A model generated the notes under the pieces. That model did no database searches, was not told where the DNA came from, and saw only the letters and a program-made list of their open reading frames with translations. This document shows positions 1-8,599 of a DNA stretch of 64,000 nucleotides, piece by piece. This DNA comes from an uncultured bacterium. GTDB taxonomy: Bacteria > Fidelibacterota > Marinisomatia > Marinisomatales > UBA1611. Made by a program: the position numbers and the translations under genes. Within the stretch, counting starts at the first letter, position 1, and the number at the start of each line of letters is the position of its first letter. Where the stretch lies: assembly GCA_943788175.1 (NCBI GenBank), contig CALSPG010000005.1, positions 224,001 through 288,000 on the forward strand. Direction: 5' to 3'.

Positions 1-113
1 CACATTCATTTTAGAAATATGGAACTGTTTAATTTTCAATTCTTATTTTTTGAGGTGCCTCTAGTCGAGAGAAACTTCAAAACCTGTAAACTTTTTAACT
101 AACACTCTAATAA

Positions 114-129
114 TACAACTACTGTGCCA
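114..129 (-). promoter_or_regulatory. sigma54 (-24/-12) promoter for a gene at or beyond the left window edge
   Basis: Minus strand TGGCACAGTAGTTGTA vs consensus TGGCACGnnnnTTGCW. TGT-N11-ACA sites lie ~90-125 nt upstream. Confidence 0.65.
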
Positions 130-216
130 AACCACTAAACAATTAAAATTTTTATTTACAACCCTCTGAAAATAATTTTTTACGATGTTTATAATTTTTA
201 ACTGTAACATTATGAA

Positions 217-253
217 TGTCCATTTTTGTTACACTGTGTAAAGTTTGATGACA
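217..253. promoter_or_regulatory. Tandem TGT-N11-ACA enhancer (UAS) sites
   Basis: TGTCCATTTTTGTTACA (217-233) and TGTAAAGTTTGATGACA (237-253), 20-nt period. Confidence 0.55.
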
Positions 254-275
254 CCGCTTTTAACCTATAAACGTA

Positions 276-307
276 AAAACGGGTGAATCTTTTTAGACCC
301 GCCCGTT
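276..307 (-). terminator. Intrinsic terminator after the last pilin
   Basis: Imperfect hairpin AACGGGTGAATCT-TTTT-AGACCCGCCCGTT followed by a T-run on the minus strand, 40 nt past the stop at 347. Confidence 0.6.
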
Positions 308-346
308 CTATACACGATGTAAATATGCCTTTAAATAACTATTTTA

Positions 347-862
347 TTACTGTGAGCAATCGCATTCCTCAACTGGATATTCAGAGGACCACCACCCGTC
401 TGGGATGTTTTCAAAAGAACCATATTGATTAAGATCATAACAATAAGAAGCACACCAATCATGATCAACATAAACGGGAGCACTACTAACACCACCAGAA
501 CTTAATTCCCCAGTTGTTGAGTTATAGGTCCAGTTAGCCGAACTGTTATTATTTCTAAGGTGGAATATTGATGTCCCGTCATAACTCCAGGATGTTCCAG
601 TAAGTTTTATCCTACTTTTATTGTCCAGAGCATCAAAAGGATTAGTAGGGTAGCTTTTATTTGAATTAGTAACAACTTGGTCCATTGCATAGACTTCTAA
701 AGCAGACCTTAAGTTTCCTATTACTGCATCTTCAGCTGATTGCTCAGAAGAGTCAATTGTATTTCCTAATCTTGGAACCGCTACGGCTGCTAAAACGCCT
801 AAGATTACCATGATTATTACAAGTTCTATAAGCGTAAAACCACTGTTTAAGTTTTTCTTCAT
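347..862 (-). CDS. Type IV pilin-like protein with Cys-rich C-terminal tail
   Basis: G|FTLIEL prepilin motif, hydrophobic helix, YPTNPFDAL family motif, four C-terminal Cys. Confidence 0.9.
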   Translation of the reverse strand: MKKNLNSGFTLIELVIIMVILGVLAAVAVPRLGNTIDSSEQSAEDAVIGNLRSALEVYAMDQVVTNSNKSYPTNPFDALDNKSRIKLTGTSWSYDGTSIFHLRNNNSSANWTYNSTTGELSSGGVSSAPVYVDHDWCASYCYDLNQYGSFENIPDGWWSSEYPVEECDCSQ

Positions 863-887
863 AGTCGAACCCTAATGTCTACTTTTT

Positions 888-1334
888 TTATTCAAGTTCT
901 TGTCTTGGCTCTAAATATCCAGGCACTGCATTGTCGCCAACCTGTGTCCCAGCCATATAATTCCAGTTATACCTACTATTATCTGCTCTTTGGTGTGTAA
1001 TTTGTCCATTAACTTCATCATAACTAATAAAAGTCCATTCGCCATCAGTGTCCGCTATATCTCCATCTTCAGTATAGCCAGCTGGCTTTTCTGATAATGC
1101 ATCAAAAGGGTTTGAAGGCCAACTTGCCCTGCCGTTAGTATATAATGAGTCATTAGCGGCTTGCTTAAGCCCTGATCTAATTGCTGAGATCACAGCATCT
1201 TCTGCAGATTTTTCTGCATTAGAGATGCTGTCTAAATATCTTGGTACAGCTACTGCTGCCATGATTCCGAGTATGACCATTACAATGATTAACTCAATTA
1301 ATGTAAAACCATTCTTTTTGTTCATTCTCTTCAT
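888..1334 (-). CDS. Type IV pilin-like protein (A)
   Basis: KKNG|FTLIELIIVMVILGIMAAVAVP; WPSNPFDAL, DGEWTF and HQRADNSR motifs. Confidence 0.9.
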   Translation of the reverse strand: MKRMNKKNGFTLIELIIVMVILGIMAAVAVPRYLDSISNAEKSAEDAVISAIRSGLKQAANDSLYTNGRASWPSNPFDALSEKPAGYTEDGDIADTDGEWTFISYDEVNGQITHQRADNSRYNWNYMAGTQVGDNAVPGYLEPRQELE

Positions 1335-1848
1335 GATGTTTCCTTTTTTTAATTGTTATAAATTTTATTTAAAAAGTATTTCAGAACCGCCAGTTCCTAG
1401 ATCTGAACGCTCATAGAGTGTTCCTGTTACGTCATTGTCAGTACCTGTATTTATACCTTTATTATAACTCCATTGAAAACGAGAGTTATCCGCTCTTTGA
1501 TGTGAGATGTAACCGGTAAAAGCGCCATCACTCGCGTCAACAACAAAAGTCCATTCGTTATCTTCATCACATGGCGTACCATCTTGTGAGTACGACTGTG
1601 GTTTTGTAACTAAGGCATCAAAAGGGTTGCTCGGCCAATAGCGTCTACCTTCAGACAACATTTTATTTTGAGCATAATTTTCTAACGCAACAACTATAGT
1701 GTTAACAACAGCATCTTCAGATGCAACTTCTGATTTTTGAATTGTCTCAAGATATCTTGGGATCGCTACTGCAGCCATAATTCCTAAGATAATCATGACC
1801 ATGATCAATTCGATTAATGTAAATCCGTTCTTTTTATTTGTTTTCATT
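1198..1848. repeat. Direct repeat A, copy 1 (~651 bp; copy 2 at 3174-3824)
   Basis: Offset 1976 nt. By eye only 8 mismatches: 1211, 1327 and six within 1695-1707. Confidence 0.9.
1365..1847 (-). CDS. Type IV pilin-like protein (B)
   Basis: G|FTLIELIMVMIILG motif; one aa different from 3341-3823. Confidence 0.9.
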   Translation of the reverse strand: MKTNKKNGFTLIELIMVMIILGIMAAVAIPRYLETIQKSEVASEDAVVNTIVVALENYAQNKMLSEGRRYWPSNPFDALVTKPQSYSQDGTPCDEDNEWTFVVDASDGAFTGYISHQRADNSRFQWSYNKGINTGTDNDVTGTLYERSDLGTGGSEILFK

Positions 1849-1872
1849 TTGTACTCCTATTAATTCTTGTAT

Positions 1873-2604
1873 TTAGTTAAAGCTCTTTATTGTGTGGTAT
1901 TTTGATGGATTGTACGCATCTGCGATAACCATAATGGGGCCACAATCATTACACTGTCTTGTTTTTAAAGAACCATCAACGTCATCGTAATAATATTTTG
2001 TACCACCAGGGATAACAGCAAAAACGTAATGTCCTTGTCTATAGGGGCTTTTAATTGCGCCCTCATCCTTTGATAAATATGCTTTAAACTCATCATGGGC
2101 AAACTGTGTACCTAAGTTTTCATCTGTAACACCACCTAGATAGTTATCGTCGACAACATTTGTCCCAAAAACAGATCTCCATTTAGGTCCAGGGTGACCA
2201 GCGCCGCTAGCGCCTGAATAAGCAGCCCAGCGACTGTAAGACGCCTCTGTCTGAACGCTGCCATCATCTGAATAGACAGGTGTTAAATCCGCCATTAATT
2301 CATCTAAATTGGAATAGCCACCTACTTGAACATCATACTTTGCTTGTCCCGGTAAGCGACCTTGACCTTCTCCAAGACGATTTGTAGTGGAGTAAGGTGC
2401 AGAAGTATTCATAAAAAACTGATTGACCATGCCACCGATTTTGTCCAGGTTTTGCTTTGTTTGATTTGCTTTACCAGCATCACCTACACCAGAAAAACGA
2501 GGGGCAGCTGTTGTGGCAAGTGTCGCCATCATTGCTGCAGTGACAGCAAACTCAGCAAGTGAGTTGCCTTTGTTGTTTCTTAGCTTATTAAACAATCGTT
2601 TCAT
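1873..2604 (-). CDS. Atypical large pilin-like protein (C), G|NSLAE type. Start likely 2604 (MKRLFNK); ORF extends to 2631.
   Basis: Basic leader, KG|NSLAEFAV with Glu+5, hydrophobic helix ending in APRF, CNDC near the C-terminus. AAGGT RBS before 2604. Confidence 0.75.
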   Translation of the reverse strand: MKRLFNKLRNNKGNSLAEFAVTAAMMATLATTAAPRFSGVGDAGKANQTKQNLDKIGGMVNQFFMNTSAPYSTTNRLGEGQGRLPGQAKYDVQVGGYSNLDELMADLTPVYSDDGSVQTEASYSRWAAYSGASGAGHPGPKWRSVFGTNVVDDNYLGGVTDENLGTQFAHDEFKAYLSKDEGAIKSPYRQGHYVFAVIPGGTKYYYDDVDGSLKTRQCNDCGPIMVIADAYNPSKYHTIKSFN

Positions 2605-2645
2605 TTTAATTACCTTGTTAAATTTTTTCATAGTTACTTATATAT

Positions 2646-2661
2646 AACAAACGGCGTGCCA
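2646..2661 (-). promoter_or_regulatory. sigma54 promoter of pilin unit 2604-347
   Basis: Minus strand TGGCACGCCGTTTGTT. Confidence 0.75.
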
Positions 2662-2749
2662 AAAATGACAAAAAATCAAAAAATAATGTTTTTATAGAGG
2701 ATAAATAATTTTAAATAAATTTAGAAGGGAAGAGGGGGAGAAGCAAAAA

Positions 2750-2786
2750 AGTGAAGATTGTTTACAAATTGTAAACTTTTGTTACA
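2750..2786. promoter_or_regulatory. Tandem (T/A)GT-N11-ACA enhancer sites
   Basis: AGTGAAGATTGTTTACA (2750-2766) and TGTAAACTTTTGTTACA (2770-2786), 20-nt period, ~90-125 nt upstream of the -24 box. Confidence 0.55.
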
Positions 2787-2796
2787 GAGTGTACAT

Positions 2797-2830
2797 AAAA
2801 GAGCATCCTTAATTAAGTGGATGCTCTTTT
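2797..2830 (-). terminator. Intrinsic terminator (bidirectional form)
   Basis: AAAAGAGCATCC-N10-GGATGCTCTTTT perfect inverted repeat downstream of pilin 2855-3310. Confidence 0.85.
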
Positions 2831-2854
2831 ATTAACTATGAATGAATAATTGCT

Positions 2855-3310
2855 TTATTCTGGTTGTTGTCCCTGTTGTCCTATTGCAGTTCTATTACCC
2901 AGCGTACCAATTTTAGCGTCATCTCCGCCACCTTGTGTACCTGGCTCATAAGACCACTCAAATCTGCTATTATCGGCTCTCTGATGTGTGATCCTGCCAC
3001 TACTAAAAGTCCATTCGCCATCAGTATCTGCATCAGTTACGTCTGTTGAGTAACCAGCTGGTTTTTCTGAAAGAGCATCAAAAGGGTTCGTAGGCCACTC
3101 TGCTCTACCGCTATCATATAGAGAGTTGTTAGCATATTGTGCAAGGCCTGATCTGACACTAGAGATCATAGCGTCTTCTGCAGATTCTTCTGCATTAGAG
3201 ATGCTGTCTAAATATCTTGGTACAGCTACTGCTGCCATGATTCCGAGTATGACCATTACAATGATTAACTCAATTAATGTAAAACCATTCTTTTTGTTCA
3301 TTTTCTTCAT
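2855..3310 (-). CDS. Type IV pilin-like protein (A')
   Basis: G|FTLIEL motif. First ~45 aa almost identical to 888-1334; remainder diverged. Confidence 0.9.
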   Translation of the reverse strand: MKKMNKKNGFTLIELIIVMVILGIMAAVAVPRYLDSISNAEESAEDAMISSVRSGLAQYANNSLYDSGRAEWPTNPFDALSEKPAGYSTDVTDADTDGEWTFSSGRITHQRADNSRFEWSYEPGTQGGGDDAKIGTLGNRTAIGQQGQQPE

Positions 3311-3824
3311 GATGTTTCCTTTTTTTAATTGTTATAAATTTTATTTAAAAAGTATTTCAGAACCGCCAGTTCCTAGATCTGAACGCTCATAGAGTGTTCC
3401 TGTTACGTCATTGTCAGTACCTGTATTTATACCTTTATTATAACTCCATTGAAAACGAGAGTTATCCGCTCTTTGATGTGAGATGTAACCGGTAAAAGCG
3501 CCATCACTCGCGTCAACAACAAAAGTCCATTCGTTATCTTCATCACATGGCGTACCATCTTGTGAGTACGACTGTGGTTTTGTAACTAAGGCATCAAAAG
3601 GGTTGCTCGGCCAATAGCGTCTACCTTCAGACAACATTTTATTTTGAGCATAATTTTCTAACGCAACAACAATGTTATTGACGACAGCATCTTCAGATGC
3701 AACTTCTGATTTTTGAATTGTCTCAAGATATCTTGGGATCGCTACTGCAGCCATAATTCCTAAGATAATCATGACCATGATCAATTCGATTAATGTAAAT
3801 CCGTTCTTTTTATTTGTTTTCATT
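3174..3824. repeat. Direct repeat A, copy 2
   Basis: See 1198-1848. Confidence 0.9.
3341..3823 (-). CDS. Type IV pilin-like protein (B')
   Basis: G|FTLIEL motif; GGAGG RBS before the ATG at 3823. Confidence 0.9.
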   Translation of the reverse strand: MKTNKKNGFTLIELIMVMIILGIMAAVAIPRYLETIQKSEVASEDAVVNNIVVALENYAQNKMLSEGRRYWPSNPFDALVTKPQSYSQDGTPCDEDNEWTFVVDASDGAFTGYISHQRADNSRFQWSYNKGINTGTDNDVTGTLYERSDLGTGGSEILFK

Positions 3825-3864
3825 ACTTCCTCCAAAAGGCTTTTATTCTATTAAATGTTAAATA

Positions 3865-4329
3865 TTATAATTCTTGACGATTGCTAAGAGTTCCAACAGC
3901 AGCTGCATCGCCAGTTTGCTGACCTTTATCGTAAGCCCAATAAAAGCGAGAGTTGTCAGCGCGCTGATGCGTAATTCGAGAATTACCATAATCAAAAGTC
4001 CATTCACCATCGTCATCTGCTATTCCATCAAGCTGTTCAACTCCTGATTCCATACCATTATCATTAGCATTATATCCTGCAGGTGCTTCACTTAAAACCT
4101 CAAAAGGGTTATCAGGCCAGGTAGCTCTTCCTTCTTTAAAAAGTGAATTACTAGCGTGTTGCTTTAAACCATTTTTTATGGCAGTTATTACTGCATCCTC
4201 AGAAGATTGTTCTGCATTAGAAATGCTATCAAGGTATTTTGGTACAGCTACTGCAGACATTACACCTAAAATGACCATAACGATGATCAATTCGATTAAT
4301 GTAAATCCGTTCTTTTTATTTGTTTTCAT
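3865..4329 (-). CDS. Type IV pilin-like protein (D)
   Basis: G|FTLIEL motif; WPDNPF, DGEWTF, HQRADNSR. First 47 nt identical to B/B'. Confidence 0.9.
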   Translation of the reverse strand: MKTNKKNGFTLIELIIVMVILGVMSAVAVPKYLDSISNAEQSSEDAVITAIKNGLKQHASNSLFKEGRATWPDNPFEVLSEAPAGYNANDNGMESGVEQLDGIADDDGEWTFDYGNSRITHQRADNSRFYWAYDKGQQTGDAAAVGTLSNRQEL

Positions 4330-4354
4330 TTTGTACTCCTATTAATTCTTGTAT

Positions 4355-5086
4355 TTAGTTAAAGCTCTTTATTGTGTGGTATTTTGATGGATTGTACGCA
4401 TCTGCGATAACCATAATGGGGCCACAATCATTACACTGTCTTGTTTTTAAAGAACCATCAACGTCATCGTAATAATATTTTGTACCACCAGGGATAACAG
4501 CAAAAACGTAATGTCCTTGTCTATAGGGGCTTTTAATTGCGCCCTCATCCTTTGATAAATATGCTTTAAACTCATCATGGGCAAACTGTGTACCTAAGTT
4601 TTCATCTGTAACACCACCTAGATAGTTATCGTCGACAACATTTGTCCCAAAAACAGATCTCCATTTAGGTCCAGGGTGACCAGCGCCGCTAGCGCCTGAA
4701 TAAGCAGCCCAGCGACTGTAAGACGCCTCTGTCTGAACGCTGCCATCATCTGAATAGACAGGTGTTAAATCCGCCATTAATTCATCTAAATTGGAATAGC
4801 CACCTACTTGAACATCATACTTTGCTTGTCCCGGTAAGCGACCTTGACCTTCTCCAAGACGATTTGTAGTGGAGTAAGGTGCAGAAGTATTCATAAAAAA
4901 CTGATTGACCATGCCACCGATTTTGTCCAGGTTTTGCTTTGTTTGATTTGCTTTACCAGCATCACCTACACCAGAAAAACGAGGGGCAGCTGTTGTGGCA
5001 AGTGTCGCCATCATTGCTGCAGTGACAGCAAACTCAGCAAGTGAGTTGCCTTTGTTGTTTCTTAGCTTATTAAACAATCGTTTCAT
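4355..5086 (-). CDS. Atypical large pilin-like protein (C'), identical to 1873-2604; ORF extends to 5113
   Basis: Identical translation in the ORF track. Confidence 0.75.
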   Translation of the reverse strand: MKRLFNKLRNNKGNSLAEFAVTAAMMATLATTAAPRFSGVGDAGKANQTKQNLDKIGGMVNQFFMNTSAPYSTTNRLGEGQGRLPGQAKYDVQVGGYSNLDELMADLTPVYSDDGSVQTEASYSRWAAYSGASGAGHPGPKWRSVFGTNVVDDNYLGGVTDENLGTQFAHDEFKAYLSKDEGAIKSPYRQGHYVFAVIPGGTKYYYDDVDGSLKTRQCNDCGPIMVIADAYNPSKYHTIKSFN

Positions 5087-5127
5087 TTTAATTACCTTGT
5101 TAAATTTTTTCATAGTTACTTATATAT

Positions 5128-5143
5128 AACAAACGGCGTGCCA
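5128..5143 (-). promoter_or_regulatory. sigma54 promoter of pilin unit 5086-2855
   Basis: Copy of 2646-2661. UAS copies at 5232-5268, plus an extra TGTAATTTTTTGATACA at 5278-5294. Confidence 0.75.
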
Positions 5144-5318
5144 AAAATGACAAAAAATCAAAAAATAATGTTTTTATAGAGGATAAATAATTTTAAATAA
5201 ATTTAGAAGGGAAGAGGGGGAGAAGCAAAAAAGTGAAGATTGTTTACAAATTGTAAACTTTTGTTACAGAGTGTACATGTAATTTTTTGATACAAATTAA
5301 TAAGTTATATACAATAAA

Positions 5319-5342
5319 AAAGCCCTGACTCATCAGGGCTTT
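5319..5342 (-). terminator. Intrinsic terminator
   Basis: AAAGCCCTGA-CTCA-TCAGGGCTTT with a T-tail on the minus strand, after pilin 5367-6032. Confidence 0.85.
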
Positions 5343-5366
5343 AAAATAATATTATTGATTAATAAA

Positions 5367-6032
5367 CTATGGTTGGTATTTCTTAAATAGTTTAGATGGA
5401 TTCTCGTTATCCGCAACATATAAAATGGGTGAACATTCTAAACATTGCACGGCAACATAAGTCCCATCACCGTCAGGATCAACATAATCAACTCCACCAG
5501 GAAGAACTATATATATATAGTGACCATCCTGGTAAGGACTTTTAATTGCGTTGTTTGCAAATTCAGCCATGTACTCCACGTGTCCTTGTGTTCCTTGATC
5601 ATCAGTAATAGTGCTCTCTATCGCCTTGTTAGCTCCAGAAGCAGTTGTCCCAAATATAGATCTCCATTTGGCACCTTCACTATGGTCGTATGTATTAAAG
5701 GCGGTTGATTCGTCAGCATCTTCACCAATTGCTGATAGAAGCATTATTTCGCTGTCATATCCACCTACAGCAACATTATATTTCTCTTGCCCGGGAAATC
5801 TTCCACGGCCCTCAACAGTAACTCTATTGTTAAAAAAGTTTGAAGAAGCAATAACAATTTTGTCAATTTCAGCTAACGTTTTTTTCTCTTTAGCGCCTTC
5901 TCCAATTCCTGAGAATCTTGGAGCAGCTGTTGTGGCTAGAGTCGCCATCATTGCTGTTGTAACTGCGAATTCAGCTAATGAGTTTCCACTTATACTTTTT
6001 ATTTTTTTTTTAATACTTTTTAATTTTATCAT
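5367..6032 (-). CDS. Atypical large pilin-like protein, G|NSLAE type (paralog of C)
   Basis: SG|NSLAEFAVTTAMMATLATTAAPRF. Shares GRFPGQ, KWRSIFG, IKSPYQDGHY and CxxC with C. Confidence 0.75.
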   Translation of the reverse strand: MIKLKSIKKKIKSISGNSLAEFAVTTAMMATLATTAAPRFSGIGEGAKEKKTLAEIDKIVIASSNFFNNRVTVEGRGRFPGQEKYNVAVGGYDSEIMLLSAIGEDADESTAFNTYDHSEGAKWRSIFGTTASGANKAIESTITDDQGTQGHVEYMAEFANNAIKSPYQDGHYIYIVLPGGVDYVDPDGDGTYVAVQCLECSPILYVADNENPSKLFKKYQP

Positions 6033-6076
6033 AATTTAGTTTCCTAACTGAATGTTTTGTGCACTGTAAATATAAC

Positions 6077-6092
6077 AGCAATATCTATGCCG
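6077..6092 (-). promoter_or_regulatory. sigma54 promoter of pilin 5367-6032
   Basis: Minus strand CGGCATAGATATTGCT; near-palindromic TGTAACACTATGTTACA at 6200-6216. Confidence 0.75.
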
Positions 6093-6240
6093 GAAATAGG
6101 TTTTTATCTTATAAATATTGTTTTTCCTCTTAAAATAATATTTAACTGAAAATAGACTGCTCTATTATTTAATTTTTTTAACAGCATATTAATACATATT
6201 GTAACACTATGTTACAGCTGGTACAATTGGTACATGCTCA

Positions 6241-7251
6241 TTAATCTAAATCCGATGCAATGGTCCAGAATGATTTCAATGGTATTTCGCCAATAATATA
6301 ATTATCTAAATCTTGATAATGTGATAATACTTGATCAATTAAGTCATTTTGGTTCCAAAGTCGAACTTTAAAAAACTCATTTGATCTTTCTTGCTCTACA
6401 TTGCTCTTAAAACCTCCCCACGCTACCAATAATCCGTAATTCGCCCCGACGTCATTCATTGTGCCTAGAAATTTATCTAGTGTAGCAACGGGAACGTCAT
6501 CAGCTCTAACTTGAATACATATCCTTGCATCATCGTCAAAGCCCATTCCGCCTTTGGCAGCAAGAATGTCTAAATCAGAGCCGGACTCATCCGATGAGCC
6601 CATATGGGTGGTATAACCTTTTGCTTCCATAACCGCTTTTACAAGCTTAGCCAATCGATGCCCTTTAAATTTTGTTCTAATTAGCTGAGCGATTTGATCC
6701 CTTGATATTTCTTGGAGCAATGCCACGAGTTCATTCATTTGGTCGTAACTAGTATCGTCATCCTTTGTTGGCGCCCAATCGTTATCCGCCATGGTGTGGA
6801 ATACTTTTTCTACACCATCAGCATTAAACACATCTTTAAAACCACCTAATTGATAAAGAATATCTGTTGGGAAATACCCTCTGGGAATGTCTTTTTCTAT
6901 CCATTTAATTTCTCTAGAATGGTAATAAGGGTCTACACCGCCTTTTTCATAAACGTATCCACCTGTTACCTCGCCAACATGCAATACGGGGCTTAGTTTA
7001 CTAGGAACAATAACCCAATCTTTTTGTTGTACTTCATGCGCAAATGACCATATCTGATCAGACCAACTTGAAAGTTTTGAGGATGGTAGCGTAGGGTAAA
7101 ATTCATCTAGAGAAATTCGAAGCGCTGCTTGTTCTGCGATTTTGTTAAGGTCTGTTTTAAAACCATCCCTTGTTAAATATACTTTACTTTCTTGAAGAAA
7201 ACGGTTTTCATATTCTCCAAATTTTCCACCTCTAACAACCCAAATTGACAT
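6241..7251 (-). CDS. Mrr-superfamily restriction endonuclease-like protein (COG4127-like)
   Basis: N-terminal WVVRGG..GEYE; C-terminal DILA..GFD..RICIQVR, GLLVAWGGF and FFKVRLW, typical of this family. Confidence 0.75.
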   Translation of the reverse strand: MSIWVVRGGKFGEYENRFLQESKVYLTRDGFKTDLNKIAEQAALRISLDEFYPTLPSSKLSSWSDQIWSFAHEVQQKDWVIVPSKLSPVLHVGEVTGGYVYEKGGVDPYYHSREIKWIEKDIPRGYFPTDILYQLGGFKDVFNADGVEKVFHTMADNDWAPTKDDDTSYDQMNELVALLQEISRDQIAQLIRTKFKGHRLAKLVKAVMEAKGYTTHMGSSDESGSDLDILAAKGGMGFDDDARICIQVRADDVPVATLDKFLGTMNDVGANYGLLVAWGGFKSNVEQERSNEFFKVRLWNQNDLIDQVLSHYQDLDNYIIGEIPLKSFWTIASDLD

Positions 7252-7345
7252 ACTTATTCCTTTTTATCTTTATATACTTTGTTAAAATAATTTAATACAA
7301 AACAATGTTATCTATCACGTTTATTTAGTTTTGTAGTCATGCCAT

Positions 7346-8599
7346 TTAGTTGTTGGCAAGAGATTCATACATGTCCCATATTGGTAAAAATATAGAAAGA
7401 GCTAAGACTAAAATCATTGCGCCCATTATTACAGTAATAATAGGCTCTAAAGTAGAGGTAAGCGTGCGCACTCTTGTCTGAGTTTCGTTATCAACCATTA
7501 ATGCGATTTCGACTAGCATATCATCCAAGGAAGCTGCTTCTTCTCCAACTTGAATCATTTTTATTTGTTGTGCTTCAAAAATGTCCGAACCATATTTATC
7601 CAGGGACTTAGCAATTTTATGACCAAGCCCAACATCTGATTTAGTATTTGCGAGTTTGTGTTGTACGTAACTATTTCCAGTACTTCTCGAAGAAATTGTT
7701 AGAGATTCTAAAATTGGGACACCTGTTCTATTTAGCGTTTCAAGTACGTGGCAAAATCTTGAAATAGCCATATTCTTAAAGATTTTTCCAAAAACAGGAG
7801 CGTTAATTTTAAACCTATCCCAAACAATTGCGCCTTTTTTGGTTCTTTTAAAATGAAAAAATAATCCTGCGAGTATTGCAATACCTGTAATAAGATAGAA
7901 AGAATAATTTTGTAAAAAAGTATCAATTCCAAGTAAAATTCTTGTTGGTAGTGGCAATTCAATACCTGTTTGGCTAAAAAGAACAGAAAATCGAGGCAGA
8001 ATAAATGCAACAGCGTAAAAACCAACTGTCACGGTTATTCCGATAACAATCATTGGATATCTTATTGCTTGTTTAATTCCATTCGTCAATTGTAAATCGT
8101 AACTGATAAAATCTGCAAGTTTAAAAAGAACAGTTTCTAAAACGCCTGAGCTTTCTCCAGCTCTGATAATATTAATATACATTGTATCAAAGACTTTTGG
8201 ATGTTTTTCCAATGAATTTGACAGGGTGGCTCCAGCAGAAATATCTTCAATAATTTTTTTAATGGTTTTATTTAAAAGTGGATTAATCGTTTTTGAAAGC
8301 ATTGATTCTAAAGCATCAATAAGAGGTACACCCGCCTTAAGCATTACGGATAATTGTCTAGAAAAATTATATATTGAATCAGGTGGAACGCTGTCGAATA
8401 CGTTTACATCAAGCTTTTCAAAGACGGAGACCTTTTTAACTGTGATTGATATTGGGTCCAGCCCCATTTTCTTGAGTTGCTCTAAAACAATTCTTTCCTC
8501 AATTGCTTTAATTTCACCTTTCACCACAGATGCTTTTTGATCTCTTGCGATGTAGGAAAATATTTCTACAGCATTTTTACTCTTTGCCGCGGAGGCCAT
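7346..8599 (-). CDS. pilC: Type IV pilus platform protein PilC / T2SS F family
   Basis: FSRQLSVMLKAGVP, AGESSG, YP, GEE and LEP motifs; three TM segments. Confidence 0.92.
   Translation of the reverse strand: MASAAKSKNAVEIFSYIARDQKASVVKGEIKAIEERIVLEQLKKMGLDPISITVKKVSVFEKLDVNVFDSVPPDSIYNFSRQLSVMLKAGVPLIDALESMLSKTINPLLNKTIKKIIEDISAGATLSNSLEKHPKVFDTMYINIIRAGESSGVLETVLFKLADFISYDLQLTNGIKQAIRYPMIVIGITVTVGFYAVAFILPRFSVLFSQTGIELPLPTRILLGIDTFLQNYSFYLITGIAILAGLFFHFKRTKKGAIVWDRFKINAPVFGKIFKNMAISRFCHVLETLNRTGVPILESLTISSRSTGNSYVQHKLANTKSDVGLGHKIAKSLDKYGSDIFEAQQIKMIQVGEEAASLDDMLVEIALMVDNETQTRVRTLTSTLEPIITVIMGAMILVLALSIFLPIWDMYESLANN

Larger units (their letters stand above)
1801..2796. repeat. Direct repeat B, copy 1 (~996 bp; copy 2 at 4283-5278)
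   Basis: Offset 2482 nt, no mismatch seen by eye. Covers a pilin 5' end, a whole pilin gene and its promoter/UAS. Confidence 0.9.
4283..5278. repeat. Direct repeat B, copy 2
   Basis: See 1801-2796. Confidence 0.9.

Noticed and set aside
2722-2743. Purine tract AGAAGGGAAGAGGGGGAGAAG between UAS and promoter (also in the second copy)
   Set aside because: Too few G-runs for a G-quadruplex, absent from the other promoters, no function supportable.
347-6032. Diversity-generating retroelement or shufflon behind the pilin repeats
   Set aside because: No reverse transcriptase or recombinase in the window, repeats are direct rather than inverted, and the B/B' differences are not adenine-specific.
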